Shown here one piece after another: positions 41,027-54,400 of a DNA stretch of 64,000 nt. A model generated the notes under the pieces. It made no database searches. It was not told where the DNA came from and saw nothing but the letters and a program-made list of their open reading frames with translations. How positions within the stretch are numbered: position 1 is the stretch's first letter; every line of letters starts with the position of its first letter. Source of the stretch: Tubulanus polymorphus (Eukaryota > Animalia > Nemertea); the NCBI RefSeq assembly GCF_964204645.1, contig NC_134025.1, forward strand, positions 31,700,788-31,764,787. The letters are read 5' to 3'. A program made the position numbers and the translations under genes.

Positions 41027-44000
41027 ATGATAAACAAAATGGCGGTGACTGCGATGAGATTGTTATTGTTGGGTTTGTGTGGTATATTAGGTGTTTGGGC
41101 GACTGGTTCACCCGAACCTGTCTCTACCAATGATCTCGATGTTGCGAATGTTGCTAAGTTTGCGCTGAATGAAATTGATCAACGAACGAACTCTAATTAC
41201 CGCTCCAGAGTCAAACAGATTGTGTCAGCTAAACGACAGGTAGGTGACGACAGTCCTTCTTATTACCGAACGAGATGACGGAGATGACGTAGTTTACCGA
41301 GATCAACAGAGATGACATGAAATATAACATATTTATTTATTCCTTCTTATCGATTTTAACACATGAAATCATGTTATATCAGTAATCGCTCCATAATTAG
41401 TTTGAAATGTCTTTTCATGGCTCGGTTGGAGTGCAAACAGAATGTGACCTGCTGCAGACCTAACCCCATACACCAATAAGAGTTCTTATTAAATTTGTAA
41501 ACATAATAATTGTGAGTTGTATTCTGATTTATTTACAGCTGGTGAATGGATTCAATTGGTTTATCACATTCGACAAAGAGAAAACAAATTGTTTGATCAC
41601 TGATGATTTGAAACTCCTCAAGAACTGTATTCCTAATGGACCTGTAAGTGTTTAAACCCCTCACATACACCTCACATACACCTCATATACCCCTCACATA
41701 CCCCTCACATACCCCTCACATACCCCTCACATACACCTCATATACCCCTCACATACCCCTCACATACACCTCACATACACCTCACGTACACATCACATAC
41801 ACCTCACATACACATCACATACACCTCACATACACCCCCACATACCCCTCACATACACCTCACATACCCCTCACGTACCCCTCACATACACCTCACATAC
41901 ACCTCACAGTTTCTGAGTGTCTATATTTCTATATTTACAGGTCGCTCGCTGTGACATTAAAGTCTATTCCACATTTCACAATGAATACACTTTGAATCAG
42001 TATAAATGTAATTCACCCGGTTCGCTGTTAGGTGGCATTACTGAGGAAGATATTGAAGATCCATTGGTTAAGAAAGCTGCGGAGTTTGCTACCGTTCAGG
42101 CGAATAATGCCGTTAATAGTTTATTCTTTCATAAACTAGTAACAGTTAAATCAGTTACAAAACAGGTAACAATTCATTCAAATATGTTTGAATTACTTTC
42201 TATGAATGATGATAGAATTGTATCGTATCGTATCGTATCGTATCGTATTGTATTTTATTGTTTTTCAGGTTGTCGCTGGATTGAAATATAAAATCAAATT
42301 TACAATCGGTGAAACTGAATGTAGGAAAAACAGGAATCAATTGAATCATTGTCCATTGACTAATAATGCTGGGGTAAGAGTTCATGTCACCTCGGGACAG
42401 TTATAATACAGTCATAGCTTTAGATAAAACACCAGTCTTAGTCCATCTAAGTTCTGCAGCCGATCTAACATGTAAAAACTGATCTTAAGATTTAACTGTT
42501 GATAAATATCAATATGAATGTGTATTTGTAGAAAGTTCATGCGATGGATTGCGAAGCAGTTGTTATATTTAAAGCGTGGGAAACTCCTCAATACACAATG
42601 GATAAACCGGTCGAATGTAAAGATGTTGAAGGTGGAATTCAACTTAGAAAGAAGAGAAGTTTAACCGTTAATATGGACCAGGTAATCATTCTAATAATTC
42701 ATAATGTAAATATTCTAATTAATGGAACATCGCGCTAAATATGAATACATGTATTTTAGGAATCGAAAGATGAAATTTCACATAAAATTCTCTTCAAAGA
42801 TTTCAAGGCTCGATATAACAAGGTTTATAAATCTTCTCAAGGTTTGTTTCTAGTTTCAAAAGTTGTTTTTATTTGAGTGATTTTCACTGTTTGATATCGT
42901 GTTTGTGTTTGTATATGAATAGAGGAAGCAGATCGTTACGCCATCTTTAGGAAGAATATGGAAACAGTTCGTGTATTACAGGCTACAGAGAGGGGTTCAG
43001 GCCGATATGGCGCCACTCAATTTGCCGATTTATCAGGTGATTATCATTCACATGATTTCAGTCTCTTATCAGTTTTAAATGTGCCTCAAACTGATAAGAA
43101 TCAAGTGTTTTTTCGAGATAAATCGTTTTAGTACAAATGCACTGATTGTGATTTTAACAGAGGAAGAATTTCGCAAGAATTATTTGAGTCCAGTTTGGAA
43201 GAAAGATGACAGTTTACCCCGAGCTAAAATCCCGAACGCAGCGCCCCCTCCATCATTTGATTGGAGAAAATCTGGTGCGGTAACTGAAGTTAAAAACCAG
43301 GTATGAAAACTAAACAATACAATGTAACAATTTCTCATAGTGTAATAAATGTGTGAATACAATGTAATGATTATATTGTTGAAGGGATCATGTGGATCTT
43401 GTTGGGCGTTTTCTACGACTGGTAATATTGAAGGTCAATGGTTTATCAAAAAGAAACAGTTGGTTTCACTGTCAGAACAAGAGTTAGTCGATTGTGACAA
43501 GGTGGATCAGGGCTGTGGAGGTGGACTTCCATCTAACGCTTATAAAGAGATCATCCGTCTTGGTGAGTGTGGATAGAGTGTCCTGGAGGGTGGATAGAGT
43601 GTCCTTGAGGGTGGATAGAGTGTCCTGGAGTGTGGATAGAGTGTCCTGATGTGGATAGAGTGTCCTGGAGGGTGGATGGATAGAGTGTCCAGAAGGGTGG
43701 ATAGAGTGTCCTGGAGGGTGGATAAAGTGTCCAGGAGGGTGGATAGAATGTCCTGGAGGGTGGATAGAGTATCCTGGAGGGTGGATAGAGTGTCCAGGAG
43801 GATGGATAAAGTGTCCAGAAGGGTGGATGGATAGAGTATCCTGGAGGGTGGATAAAGTGTCCAGAAGGGTGGATAGAGTGTCCAGGAGGATGAATAAAGT
43901 GTCCAGGAGGGTGGATGGATAGAGTGTCCTGGAGGGTGGATGGATAGTGTCCTGAAGTGGATAAAGTGTCCAGGAGGGTGGATAGAGTGTCCTGAAGTGG

Positions 44001-45136
44001 ATAGAGTGTCCAGGAGGGTGGATAGAGTGTCCTGAAGTGGATAAAGTGTCCAGGAGGGTGGATAGAGTGTCCTGAAGTGGATAAAGTGTCCAGGAGGGTG
44101 GATAGAGTGTCCTGAAGTGGATAAAGTGTCCAGGAGGGTGGATAGAGTGTCCTGAAGTGGATAGAGTGTCCAGGAGGGTGGATAGAGTGTCCTGAAGTGG
44201 ATAAAGTGTCCAGGAGGGTGGATAGAGTGTCCTGAAGTGGATAAAGTGTCCAGGAGGGTGGATAGAGTGTCCTGAAGTGGATAAAGTGTCCAGGAGGGTG
44301 GATAGAGTGTCCTGAAGTGGATAGAGTGTCCAGGAAGGTGGATAGAGTGTCCTGAAGTGGATAAAGTGTCCAGGAGGGTGGATAGAGTGTCCTGGAGTTC
44401 AGATTTCGTCATATTCATAAATTTATTGCTGTTCCTTTCATTAATGTGTATTTAATGATAAACAGGTGGTTTGGAAGGTGAAAGTGATTATCCTTATCGA
44501 GGCAGTAATGATAAATGTACGTTGGATCGCAGTAAAATCAAAGTGTTTATAAATGGCTCAGTTTCGATATCTAAAGATGAGACAATGATGGCCGCCTGGT
44601 TGGCTCAAAACGGTCCGATATCTATCGGTATCAATGCATTCGCTATGCAGGTAAAATAGGTCGAATTTGTTTCTTTCTCAGATTTCTATTTATCTCTGAA
44701 ATTATTGAATCTAATGTTTGTTTGTTTTGTAGTTTTATTTCGGAGGGATTTCAAATCCATGGAAAGTTTTCTGTAACCCGGCGAAATTAGATCACGGCGT
44801 TTTAATTGTGGGATACGGCGTCAGTAAGTAAAACTCATTGTTGTAAAACTCATTGCTGTAAAACTCATTGTTGTAAAACTCATTGCTGTAAAACTCATTG
44901 TTGTAAAACTCATTGCTGTAAAACTCATTGTTGTAAAACTCATTGTTGTAAAACTCATTGTCATTCAACTGATAATTATGTTGTTATTTTCACTATTTGT
45001 AGAAGGTACTGAACCGTTTTGGATAGTAAAGAACTCTTGGGGTCCGAGCTGGGGTGAACAAGGTTACTATCTGGTGTACAGAGGAGATGGAGCTTGTGGA
45101 TTGAATACAATGTGTACATCAGCTGTCGTTAATTAA
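41027..45136 (+). CDS. CTSF: Cathepsin F-like cysteine protease with two N-terminal cystatin domains (12 exons)
   Basis: Exons 41027-41239, 41539-41643, 41941-42165, 42269-42373, 42532-42681, 42760-42841, 42923-43036, 43161-43300, 43385-43562, 44466-44650, 44733-44823, 45003-45136. Signal peptide, cystatins (QLVNG, QVVAG), RKKR, I29 propeptide with ERFNAQ-like motif, catalytic [21 protein letters not shown]. Confidence 0.95.
41655..41907. repeat. CCCCTCACATA short-unit satellite
   Basis: Intronic; source of the spurious H/T/P ORF. Confidence 0.9.
43567..44397. repeat. Intronic ~19-22-bp minisatellite
   Basis: gtggatagagtgtcctggagg / gtggataaagtgtcc units starting at the splice donor. Confidence 0.93.
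44828..44962. repeat. 15-bp minisatellite
   Basis: gtaaaactcattg(t/c)t units starting at the donor (KTHCC ORF artefact). Confidence 0.9.
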
Positions 45137-46098
45137 ACAACAGTAATTAACAGTTACTTATAATTAAACAGTAGTAATTAACATTTATAGCAGTAATTAA
45201 CAGTTACTTATAACTGACACGATGTTAATTAAGCAGCAATATTTAACATTTACCGGTACTTGAATTTGCTGAATCAAGTTTAAAGTTCAAATTGAAACAG
45301 ATTTCAGGGATACAAATTTTCGATATATTTTCATATTGATTTTAGAATGTATTGTGTACAGAATGATATTGTATTTGATTAATATATGATTTTACACGCG
45401 TGATGTAAACAGATTTATGTATATAATTGATATATTTGAAATGATTTGATAATAAATTTCTACTGAAGGTTGCAATAAAAATATTCATCAGTTCTCTGTC
45501 ATTTAGCTTCCATTTGTTCTTGCTTTCCAACTAGTGAAGAGACTCCTAGTTTACTATAGAGAATGTAGACTATTATTTCAACTTCTAATGGTAAAAGCAG
45601 AAAAGTGGTGAAAATATTCTGCGGGTTCCTCATTAAACACAGATGCCATTGGACAAAATACGGATATTTCCGGGAGACAGTTTATGGATGGCGGTTCGGG
45701 TTCTAGTGAATTGCGGATAGATTTTATATTAAAATCTTTAAGCATTATATTAGTTCTGAAGCCCTTAAAGGCCTGATAAAAAATTGCGTTTCGGGTGAGT
45801 GAGGAGCTAAATTCTGCGATGCCGTACCCGCACATAATCTAGAATAAACGTGAGGCGGCGTAAAAATATTCAATGCCAATGCACATACTCGAGAATGCAT
45901 AATCAATTCAAATTAATTACTTTATTGATGGCAGTGTCGATGCAATAGAAAGGAGATTTCTACAATCAAATATGCTTGAAATAAGTTTTAAGAGAGGATT
46001 ATTGGAAATAGAAGATAAAAAGTCCCAATAAAAGAAACAATCCTAGACCAGCTGGTGGCGCCACCAAATACCTCCACACTGAATTCCACACACTAATC

Positions 46099-49000
46099 AT
46101 GGCGTTGCACGTTCCTCGACCTCCCGGCTTCACTTCTATGCTGAAGGATGGCGCTAAGGTTAGTATTTATTCTTGATCAATCGTGTTTATTTAATAGTTT
46201 AAACTGAGATTGTTCGAATGTGATTTGAGTTGAATTCTGGAAGCTGTAACTGTAAAAACTACTGTCGAAACTAAAACTCTCGTCTCGGAAACATCTAGAA
46301 ACGCTCACTTGCCACAGCTGGCTACTGCTTGACTATGATTAATCCTAATTAGAATGATTTATGGATTCTTATCTAATGGAGGGAGGTCTGCAGTTAGGGA
46401 GTACAGGTCCTACAGCCACTGGATGAGACTGGGTACTCACTCTGAGTCTGAGTGGTCGGTGGGTTTGTTGATTATTTCCATTAATATCTAACTTAATGAA
46501 TTTTGTTGTTTATTTCAGAGTTTTAAAGGTTTGGAAGAAGCCGTTTACAGAAACATTGAAGCTTGTAAAGAACTCGCCAAAACAACACGTTCAGCTTATG
46601 GTCCTAATGGTATGTATCGGATTCAAACCCGGGACCTTCTCTCAACTAAACCTCTTACTATAAACTACTTTTCCCCGTTTTATTTCAGGGCAGAATAAAA
46701 TGGTTATCAATCATTTAGAGAAATTATTCGTTACGAATGACGCTGCAACAATACTACGTGAATTAGAGGTTCGTAGTCATGGTGATGATTATAGGTCGGA
46801 TATATCGGTAATGATATTAATAATGATGAAATGTTACATCGTTAGGTCCAGCATCCCGCTGCTAAGATGATAGTTCTAGCCTCTCAGCAGCAGGAACAGG
46901 AATGCGGAGATGGTACGAACTTTGTTCTGGTATTTGCCGGAGCTCTATTAGAACGAGCTGAAGAATTATTAAGGATGGGTTTATCGGTAACTGAAGTCAT
47001 CGATGGTTACGAAATAGCTTGTAAGAAAGCTCTAGAATTCTTAGCAGGTAAATTCACTAACCTAAAAATACCTTCCTCACTTGCCACAGATTGCCTCTGA
47101 TTATTTCCGACTCCACGTGACCTTCCGACTCCATGTGACCTTCCTACTCCAACCCATGTGATCAGGGGCAGGCGTTGAATCTACAGTCTGTGCGAGATGA
47201 TGAATGTGATTGTTTGTTTTTATAGATTTAGTTGTCGGTAAAGTCGATGATTTGAAGAATAAATCTCTAGTGAAGAAACTGATTAAAACATCAGTGATGA
47301 GCAAACAATACGGGAATGAGGAATTTCTTTCTGATATTCTTGTAGACGCTTGCTGTAAGTAATAAATACTCACTTTATATTGATTCAACTAACATTCGAT
47401 TGATTGATTGATTGATTGATTGATTAATTGATTGTATTTGTTTTTCAGTGTCTGCTTTACCTGAGAAAACAATGTTTAATGTTGACCATATCAGAGTGTC
47501 GAAGATACTGGTAAGTTGATCATCCTAACCTCCTCATTTTCCTCCTCCTCTGCTCTGTTTTCCTCCTCTACCCTACCCTCGTTGTAACTCACACAGTAAC
47601 TGTTGTCTATTGATTGTAGGGTTCTGGAATACACAGTAGTTCTATCATTCATGGTATGGTTTTTAAACGACAAGTTGAAGGAAATGTGAATAAAGCTGAA
47701 CATTGTAAAATAGCTGTGTTTACGTGCCCTGTAGATACCATACAAACTGAAACGAAGGTACGTATGTCATTTCACATACCTCACATACACTACTCTCACA
47801 TACACTTTCAGATGATTGATATTAAATGGTTTATATTTACAGGGAACTGTTCTTATCAAAACAGCTCAAGAATTGATGGATTTCAGCAAAGGAGAAGAGA
47901 ATCTTATGGAAGAGGTAAATAATTACTCAATAGAGGGCAGTACGGTGCTGGTTTATGCGTAGGGGGCAGCACGTGCTATTGATATATTTTATTGTATATA
48001 TTTTCAGCAAATCAAATCAATAGCTGATGCTGGTTGTAAAGTGATAGTATCCGGAGGTAAAGTCGGAGAATTAGCTTTACATTACGCCAATAAATATAAT
48101 CTATTGGTCGTTCGTCTTCTGTCGAAGTTTGATTTACGGAGATTGTGTAAAGCTATTAGCGCTACACCTCTACCTAGACTTGTGAGTAACCCCTACCTCT
48201 AACCTAATCATTAAAATGATTAAACAGCCTCCATCTCTAAACCTACCCACCCTATTATTGTTTTCAGACAGCGCCGACTGCTGAAGAGGCCGGTCATTGC
48301 GATTATGTAGCTATAGAAGAAATAGGTGAAACTCCAGTAATTATATTTAAACAAGAGAAAGAAGAGAGCGCTGTATCTACAATAGTTATACGTGGTTCTA
48401 CTGATAATATCATGGATGATATTGAAAGAGCTGTTGATGATGGGGTCAATACATTTAAAACTATCACTAAGGTTTGTAAAGATATCGGACCCCTCTCGAG
48501 GGCAGTCTGCTGGACATGAGTTACCCGTGACTCCTCGTGGGCAGTCTGCTGGACATGAGTTACCCGTGACTCCTCGTGGGCAGTCTGCTGGACATGAGTT
48601 ACCTGTGACTCCTCGTGGGCAGTCTGCTGGACATGAGTTACCCATGACTCCTGGTGGGCAGTCTGCTGGACATGAGTTACCTGTGACTCCTCGTGGGCAG
48701 TCTGCTGGACATGAGTTACCGGTGACTCCTCGTGGGCAGTCTGCTGGACATGAGTTACCCACGACTGGGCAATCAGTGTGAGTTAATGGTTAACTGTATT
48801 TATATTTGAAAGGATGGCCGATATATTCCCGGTGCTGGAGCGACTGAGATTGAATTAGCTAAACGTATCGCATCATACGGTGAAACCTGCGCAGGTTTAG
48901 AACAATACGCGATACAGAAATTCTCCGAGGCTTTCGAAGAAATTCCTAGAGCTTTAGCTGAAAATGCAGGAGTGAAGGTAGGAACCGCGGGTTAAAGTTA

Positions 49001-49480
49001 AACGCAACCCCCCTTAGGGTCTAGTATAAACCAGGTTGATTTGTATTGTTTCAGAGCAATGAACTCGTTTCTAAGATGTATTCCGCTCATCACGAAGGCA
49101 ACGCAAATATGGGATTCGATATTGAGGTATGAGATACTACTACCGTAAACCTTCTATTGAATAGAGCTGTAAATATTCTAATAATATATATGTATTTGCA
49201 GGCTGAAGGAACTGGATTATTAGACGCGGTCAAATCTGATATCCTAGAATTATACATCACCAAATATTGGGGAATTAAATTTGCATCGGCTGCAGCTAAT
49301 ACAGTACTGAGAGTTGATCAGGTAAAAATAGATACCCTCCCACCACCAACTGAGCACCTTCCCCTGATTTATGATGACATGTTCACCCTCCCCTGGATTG
49401 TTTTTGTATTTTAGATAATCATGGCTAAAGCCGCTGGAGGGCCGAAACCGAAGGAAAACAAGAACTGGGATGATGACTAA
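46099..49480 (+). CDS. CCT8: T-complex protein 1 subunit theta (chaperonin CCT8)
   Basis: MALHVPRPPGFTSMLKDGAK start; GLEEAVYRNIEACKEL, SAYGPNG, FVTNDAATILREL, QEQECGDGTNFV, RGSTDNIMDDIERAVDDGVN, PGAGATEIELA, VLRVDQIIMAKAAGGPKPK end. About 14 exons. Confidence 0.97.
48500..48770. repeat. 39-bp intronic minisatellite, ~7 copies
   Basis: gggcagtctgctggacatgagttacccgtgactcctcgt. Confidence 0.93.
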
Positions 49481-49879
49481 ACTAGAGTCTTCATGGTCAC
49501 AGTGAACGAGCACGCCACCTAGCGAACAAATATTGAATTATATTCCAACCATAATGTGCTAATTAGTGTGTTAATTTGATAATTGGTTAATGAATTTTGG
49601 TTGCTCTAATATAAAACAGTGTCTTCATTCTGTGCTTCACTAAAATCTTTTTTTTAGTAAATAAAAATCTTGTCAAAGCAGGAATAATGAGTTTATAGTA
49701 GGAATGTAACCCCCTAGTGGAGGTTTCCAACACTACCCTGAGAGATTTACCATGGCTTGTGGCAAGTCTTTGCGCTACCTTGATTTGTGTATGGTGTGAA
49801 TATCTTCGGTAATAAAATTCAATTTGCTCCGAGTCTTTCTGTGGCATGTGAGTCAACCGTTTTACCGACATTCGCTGAG

Positions 49880-50240
49880 TAAAAAGTTCTATTAAAAGTA
49901 GCTCGATAATCGTTTTAAAAAGCAAATTCCCCTAAAATAAAGTTTTAAATTGATCCAATTGATCGTTTTGAACAAACTATCGGTAGTGATGATTGCAATT
50001 TGACTCGATATTCCTCACATGCCGCAGTAGATCTCAACCGTTCAGTGCTGCCTCTAGGAATAAAAGTTCTATTAAACGTGGCTCAAAAACCGTTTTAAAA
50101 AGCAAATTCCCCTAAAATAAGGTTCTAAAATTGATCCAATTAATCGTTTTGAACAAACAATTGGTAACGACGATTGCTATCGATATTCCTCGCATGCCGC
50201 AGTAGAATGCGAGATCTCAACCGTTCAGTGCTGCCCCTAT
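49880..50240. repeat. Two diverged direct repeats of ~180 bp
   Basis: aaaagttctattaaa...gttttaaaaagcaaattcccctaaaataa...gatctcaaccgttcagtgctgcc present twice. Confidence 0.8.
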
Positions 50241-50537
50241 GAATAACGATAGCGGAATTTCTGTGAACTAAAATGATAGCGCGTACCGCCGGATTGGGGT
50301 ACAGTGCGGACCACGTGACGTTTATTCTGATCAGTCTCTTAAATTCTAGATTTTATTTCCATATTTTTGGGGGGGATTTACGAGTGTAGTTTCAGTGCTA
50401 GTCTAGTAGAGTCTTTCAGTCGCTAATTACATCTACGCTAATGCTTTATTCAATGAAATGTACTCGCATTTGATAAATGCTTTAAAATCTAGTTTCATTC
50501 TCAATTCATTTTATTCCATTTTAGATTTTTTACACGT

Positions 50538-50890
50538 CATGATTGAAGATGCCCCCTAGTGGAGGATTCCGACACGATTAAACGATAGATTTATGGCGAA
50601 AACTGCCCCCTATATTCCATCACGACTACTGAATTTGGATACGAATATTTATTACCCTCAAAAACCATTTCCATGGTGTAAGAGATGTATGATTAAAACT
50701 GCCCCCTAGATGTGGACTCCAAAAACAATGTTACCTAGAGATTTATTCATGTAGATCAATAACGCCCCCTATTGCAGGATTCCAACACTGTAACCATGAG
50801 AAATGCATGGGGATAAAAAGTACACCTAGCAAGGATTACGACACTACAGGATGATTGAGATTCACAAATTAGAACCGCCCCCTTGTGGTC
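50538..50890 (-). repeat. Degenerate relative of the 32.5-33.9 kb CTCF-motif repeat, ~5 units
   Basis: tgccccctagtggaggattccgacac, aaaactgccccc and agatttat...catg motifs are shared with the larger array. Confidence 0.75.
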
Positions 50891-51167
50891 GAAGCCAATA
50901 CCAATCCGAAACGGAAAAAAAAGAAAAAACAAAGATTGAAACTAACAAAATAATTATCATTTGTTAACAGAATAAATAATACAACAGCCTCACATGCCAG
51001 GGACAAATATTGCACTGTTCTGCCCCCTATCGGTGAATAAAATAACCACAAACAGCAGATGCTAGCCCTGTTTTTACCCGTTTTGATATCACTTACATTT
51101 GATTGTCAGATATTTCAAATTTATGTACATAAGATATTAATAGAACTTATAAAACAAATGAAGGAAA

Positions 51168-51420
51168 ACTACACTACATTGTATAGAAAACTACACTATA
51201 CATTGTATAGAAAACTACAATACATTGTACGTGTATTAACTACAATACATTGTATGTGTATTAACTACAATACATTGTATGTGTATAAACTACAATACAT
51301 TGTATGTGTATAAACTACAATACATTGTATGTGTATAAACTACAATACATTGTACGTGTATTAACTACAATACATTGTATGTGTATAAACTACAATACAT
51401 TGTATGTGTATAAACTACAC
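51168..51420. repeat. ~25-bp minisatellite
   Basis: aactacaatacattgtatgtgtata units just downstream of the 7TM-kinase stop codon. Confidence 0.9.
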
Positions 51421-51437
51421 TGCTATAGTCGTGTAGT

Positions 51438-54400
51438 TTAGACGTTGCTTGTAGGCAGTGATTGTAATAATTTCAGTACTAAATCCTGAGCACTTGGAGG
51501 ATTCTCCATAAACCAACAAACTCTCATCAAATTCAGCATCTGAAACGAAGAATTACGTGGAAAATAAAGACAATTAATTCATAGAAGAATTAAAACTAGT
51601 GAGAATATAGATGATCAATTCATAGATGAATTAAAGACTTACGTGATAACCGATAATTCCTATTTTACGAGTTTGTTTCATCTCTTCGATCAGACTGAGT
51701 ATTTTATTTATATCACCGCTTAGTAAAGAATCGAACGGAACTTTACTATAAGTGCTGCAGATATATCTACAATAAGCCACGTGATGTCCTGTTATACCGA
51801 TCTGTCTGTGACCCCGGTCTGTTTCACAGTACTGAAATATCGGGGAACTATTCAGTACGAATGAATTGTTAATAGATGGCGTTCTAGTCGATTTACTGAT
51901 AGTTGAAGCCGCTATTATCGACTCCTCATCGTCTGAAGTCCATGACGTCACCGCTTTAGAGTTTACCGATATCGTACTGCTGGGACTGGGGCGCCCCCTA
52001 GTGACCGGACTATTACGCACCTTAGTGACCGGACTGGTACGCCCCCTAGCGCGATTTTCAGTTGTTAATTTAGCTAATAAGACAGCCTGTCTGCCGGCGT
52101 TATCCGGATAAAGTCCAATAGCTTGTAATAAAACATCTTCGTCGCTTTCGTTAACAGGTGTCGCCTGTTGTCTCAATCTGTTCACTTTACCTTGTCTAAT
52201 AGGTGTCGCTATACGTACTGAACTAGTACCAGACCTGGCAGCAGCAGCTGTAGCAGCTGTAGCTGCTCGAGCAGGTGTATTAGATGTAACAGGACTGGTA
52301 TTTTCACTAGAGTCATTAACACACCCGCTATCCTCACTGAAATAAGCTGTATCTGACTGCAGTATTTCATCCTCTAATCGATACTGGGTCGTGTCTGGTA
52401 TATCACAGATATTAGCTGTAGTCGTTACAAGATGTTTCCTGCTGGTCACCTCAGCACCTGCAGTAGCTGCACCTGACTCATTCTCCTCAGCTGCAGCTGC
52501 TAACTCTCTCTCAGTCTCCTCGCAGATGCTACTTTCCTGTGAGTTCGTTCTACCGTTTTCTGTTGTTACAGATTTTTTATTACGTGAAGTTTCTCTTCGT
52601 AAATCAGTGGAGGCCGCGAATCTCGACAGAGATGAATCCATCGAATGATTCCCAGGACTATTCCTCAAATGTTTCGGATCCATCGTTAAATTCTGACAAC
52701 TTTGCGATAACGGTTTTGATTTGTTCGGATACGTGCTTCTGATTGGATTAGAGCGCGCTACGTTGGCTCTGATTGGTCGAACACGGTTGTTATTACCCAT
52801 GATTCTATCTCTCAAACTCTTCTGCTGATTCTGATACCTGTCGCGCATATTTTTAGTAAACGCCGAGTTTTTCTGTTTTTGTATAGATTTGTGTTCCTCA
52901 GCTGCCAGCTGCACCTGTAGCTGCTGCTGCTGCTGCTGTTCCTTACTCTGCCAGGCGTTTTTAACTATTGTCTCATTGTCTGTTATTTCTAACTCTTCTG
53001 ATAAATCCCACATACTCGCTGTCGCACCACCACCAGCGCCACCTTTACGAACTCGCTGTCTATGCGCCACACTAGTTGTACTAGGAGACGTTTGTTTTGG
53101 GGTTGAGCCAGGCTTGCTGGGGGTTGAGCTAGGCTTGCTGGGGGTTGAGCCAGGCTTGCTGGGGGTTGAGCTAGGCTTACTGGGGGTTGAGCTAGGTTGT
53201 CTAGGGGTTGAGCTAGGTTGTCTAGGGGTTGAGCTAGGTTGTCTAGGAGTAGAACCAGGCTGTCTATGGGTAGAACCAGGCTGTCTATGGTTAGGCTGTC
53301 TGGGGGTTGAGACAAGCTGTCCAGGGTTAAGGATCATGAGTTGGCCGGGTCTTGGCGTCCCGAGATGCCCAGGGTTGGTTGTAGGCTGTGTGTTCTCTAA
53401 TTTCATTCCAATCATCTCTTGTTCAATCAACTTGTCATCATCATCGATGCTGTTTATTCGCTGTTGAACTTTATTCTCCTCGTCAGCCTCCTCTAATATC
53501 GATTGTATGATCGCCTCTGATTCCGCGTCTATAACAGTACTGTGTACATCCAGTCTACTGACAGCACCGGTTCGGTTAATCTCTGCTGTACTGGGCCGGG
53601 AGCGGTCCACGGGCCCGGGGCCATTCACTGCTGTACTGGGCTGGGAGCGGTCCACGGGCCCGGGGCGATTCACTGCTGTACTGGGCCGGGAGCGGTCCAC
53701 GGGCCCGGGGCGATTCACTGCTAATTCTAACGGCTCACTCCTCGGACTCAGGTTTAATTTCTCACTGAAATCAACAGTTTGTCGTTTTGAAGCCGCTTTT
53801 ACTTCGTGTACGTTACTGGGTAGAGTTGGTACCAGATCGGGCTGCTGCCGTTTGGGTTTACTAACTGTAGGTAGCTGCTGCTGCTGCTGCTGCTGGTGCT
53901 GGTGCTGGTGCTGCTGGTGCTGCTGGTGCTGCTGCTGTTGAGTTGTTCTAACACGTTGTTCTGTACTATATCCTGAATCGAGTCGTCTGATCGGTTTGTT
54001 GTTACTGCTGTTATAATGATGTCCTGCACCACTCGATGACTCGCTCCCGTATGATCGCACTGTATTACTGGAACTAACGCTATCGTGACGCGGTTTCAGA
54101 ATTTTAATTTTCGGCGCATTCGATGACGTCACGACCTCGTGACTAGTTTTCTGTTGTTTATTCGACGACGGTTTGCGAGGAAGTTCAAGGTCAGATGAGT
54201 AATTATGATGCGAAATCGAGGCTTGTATGGGTTTACATTTTAAACGTCCTCTATTTTCCTCCTCAGCAGCACGTTTTGCCTCGTCATCGATTTGTGCTAC
54301 TTCTAAATCGGCTAATATATCCTCATCAGTTTCATCCTCAGTTTCCTCGCTCGCTGCTGCTGGTAAAGGATGTAAAACTAAAACTCTCGAGTCCTGCGCT

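Noticed and set aside
43540-44418. 292-aa minus-strand ORF
   Set aside because: Minisatellite within a cathepsin F intron.
46228-46302. Heat-shock elements in CCT8 intron 1
   Set aside because: Only two-unit or mismatched nGAAn arrays, which are common by chance in AT-rich DNA.
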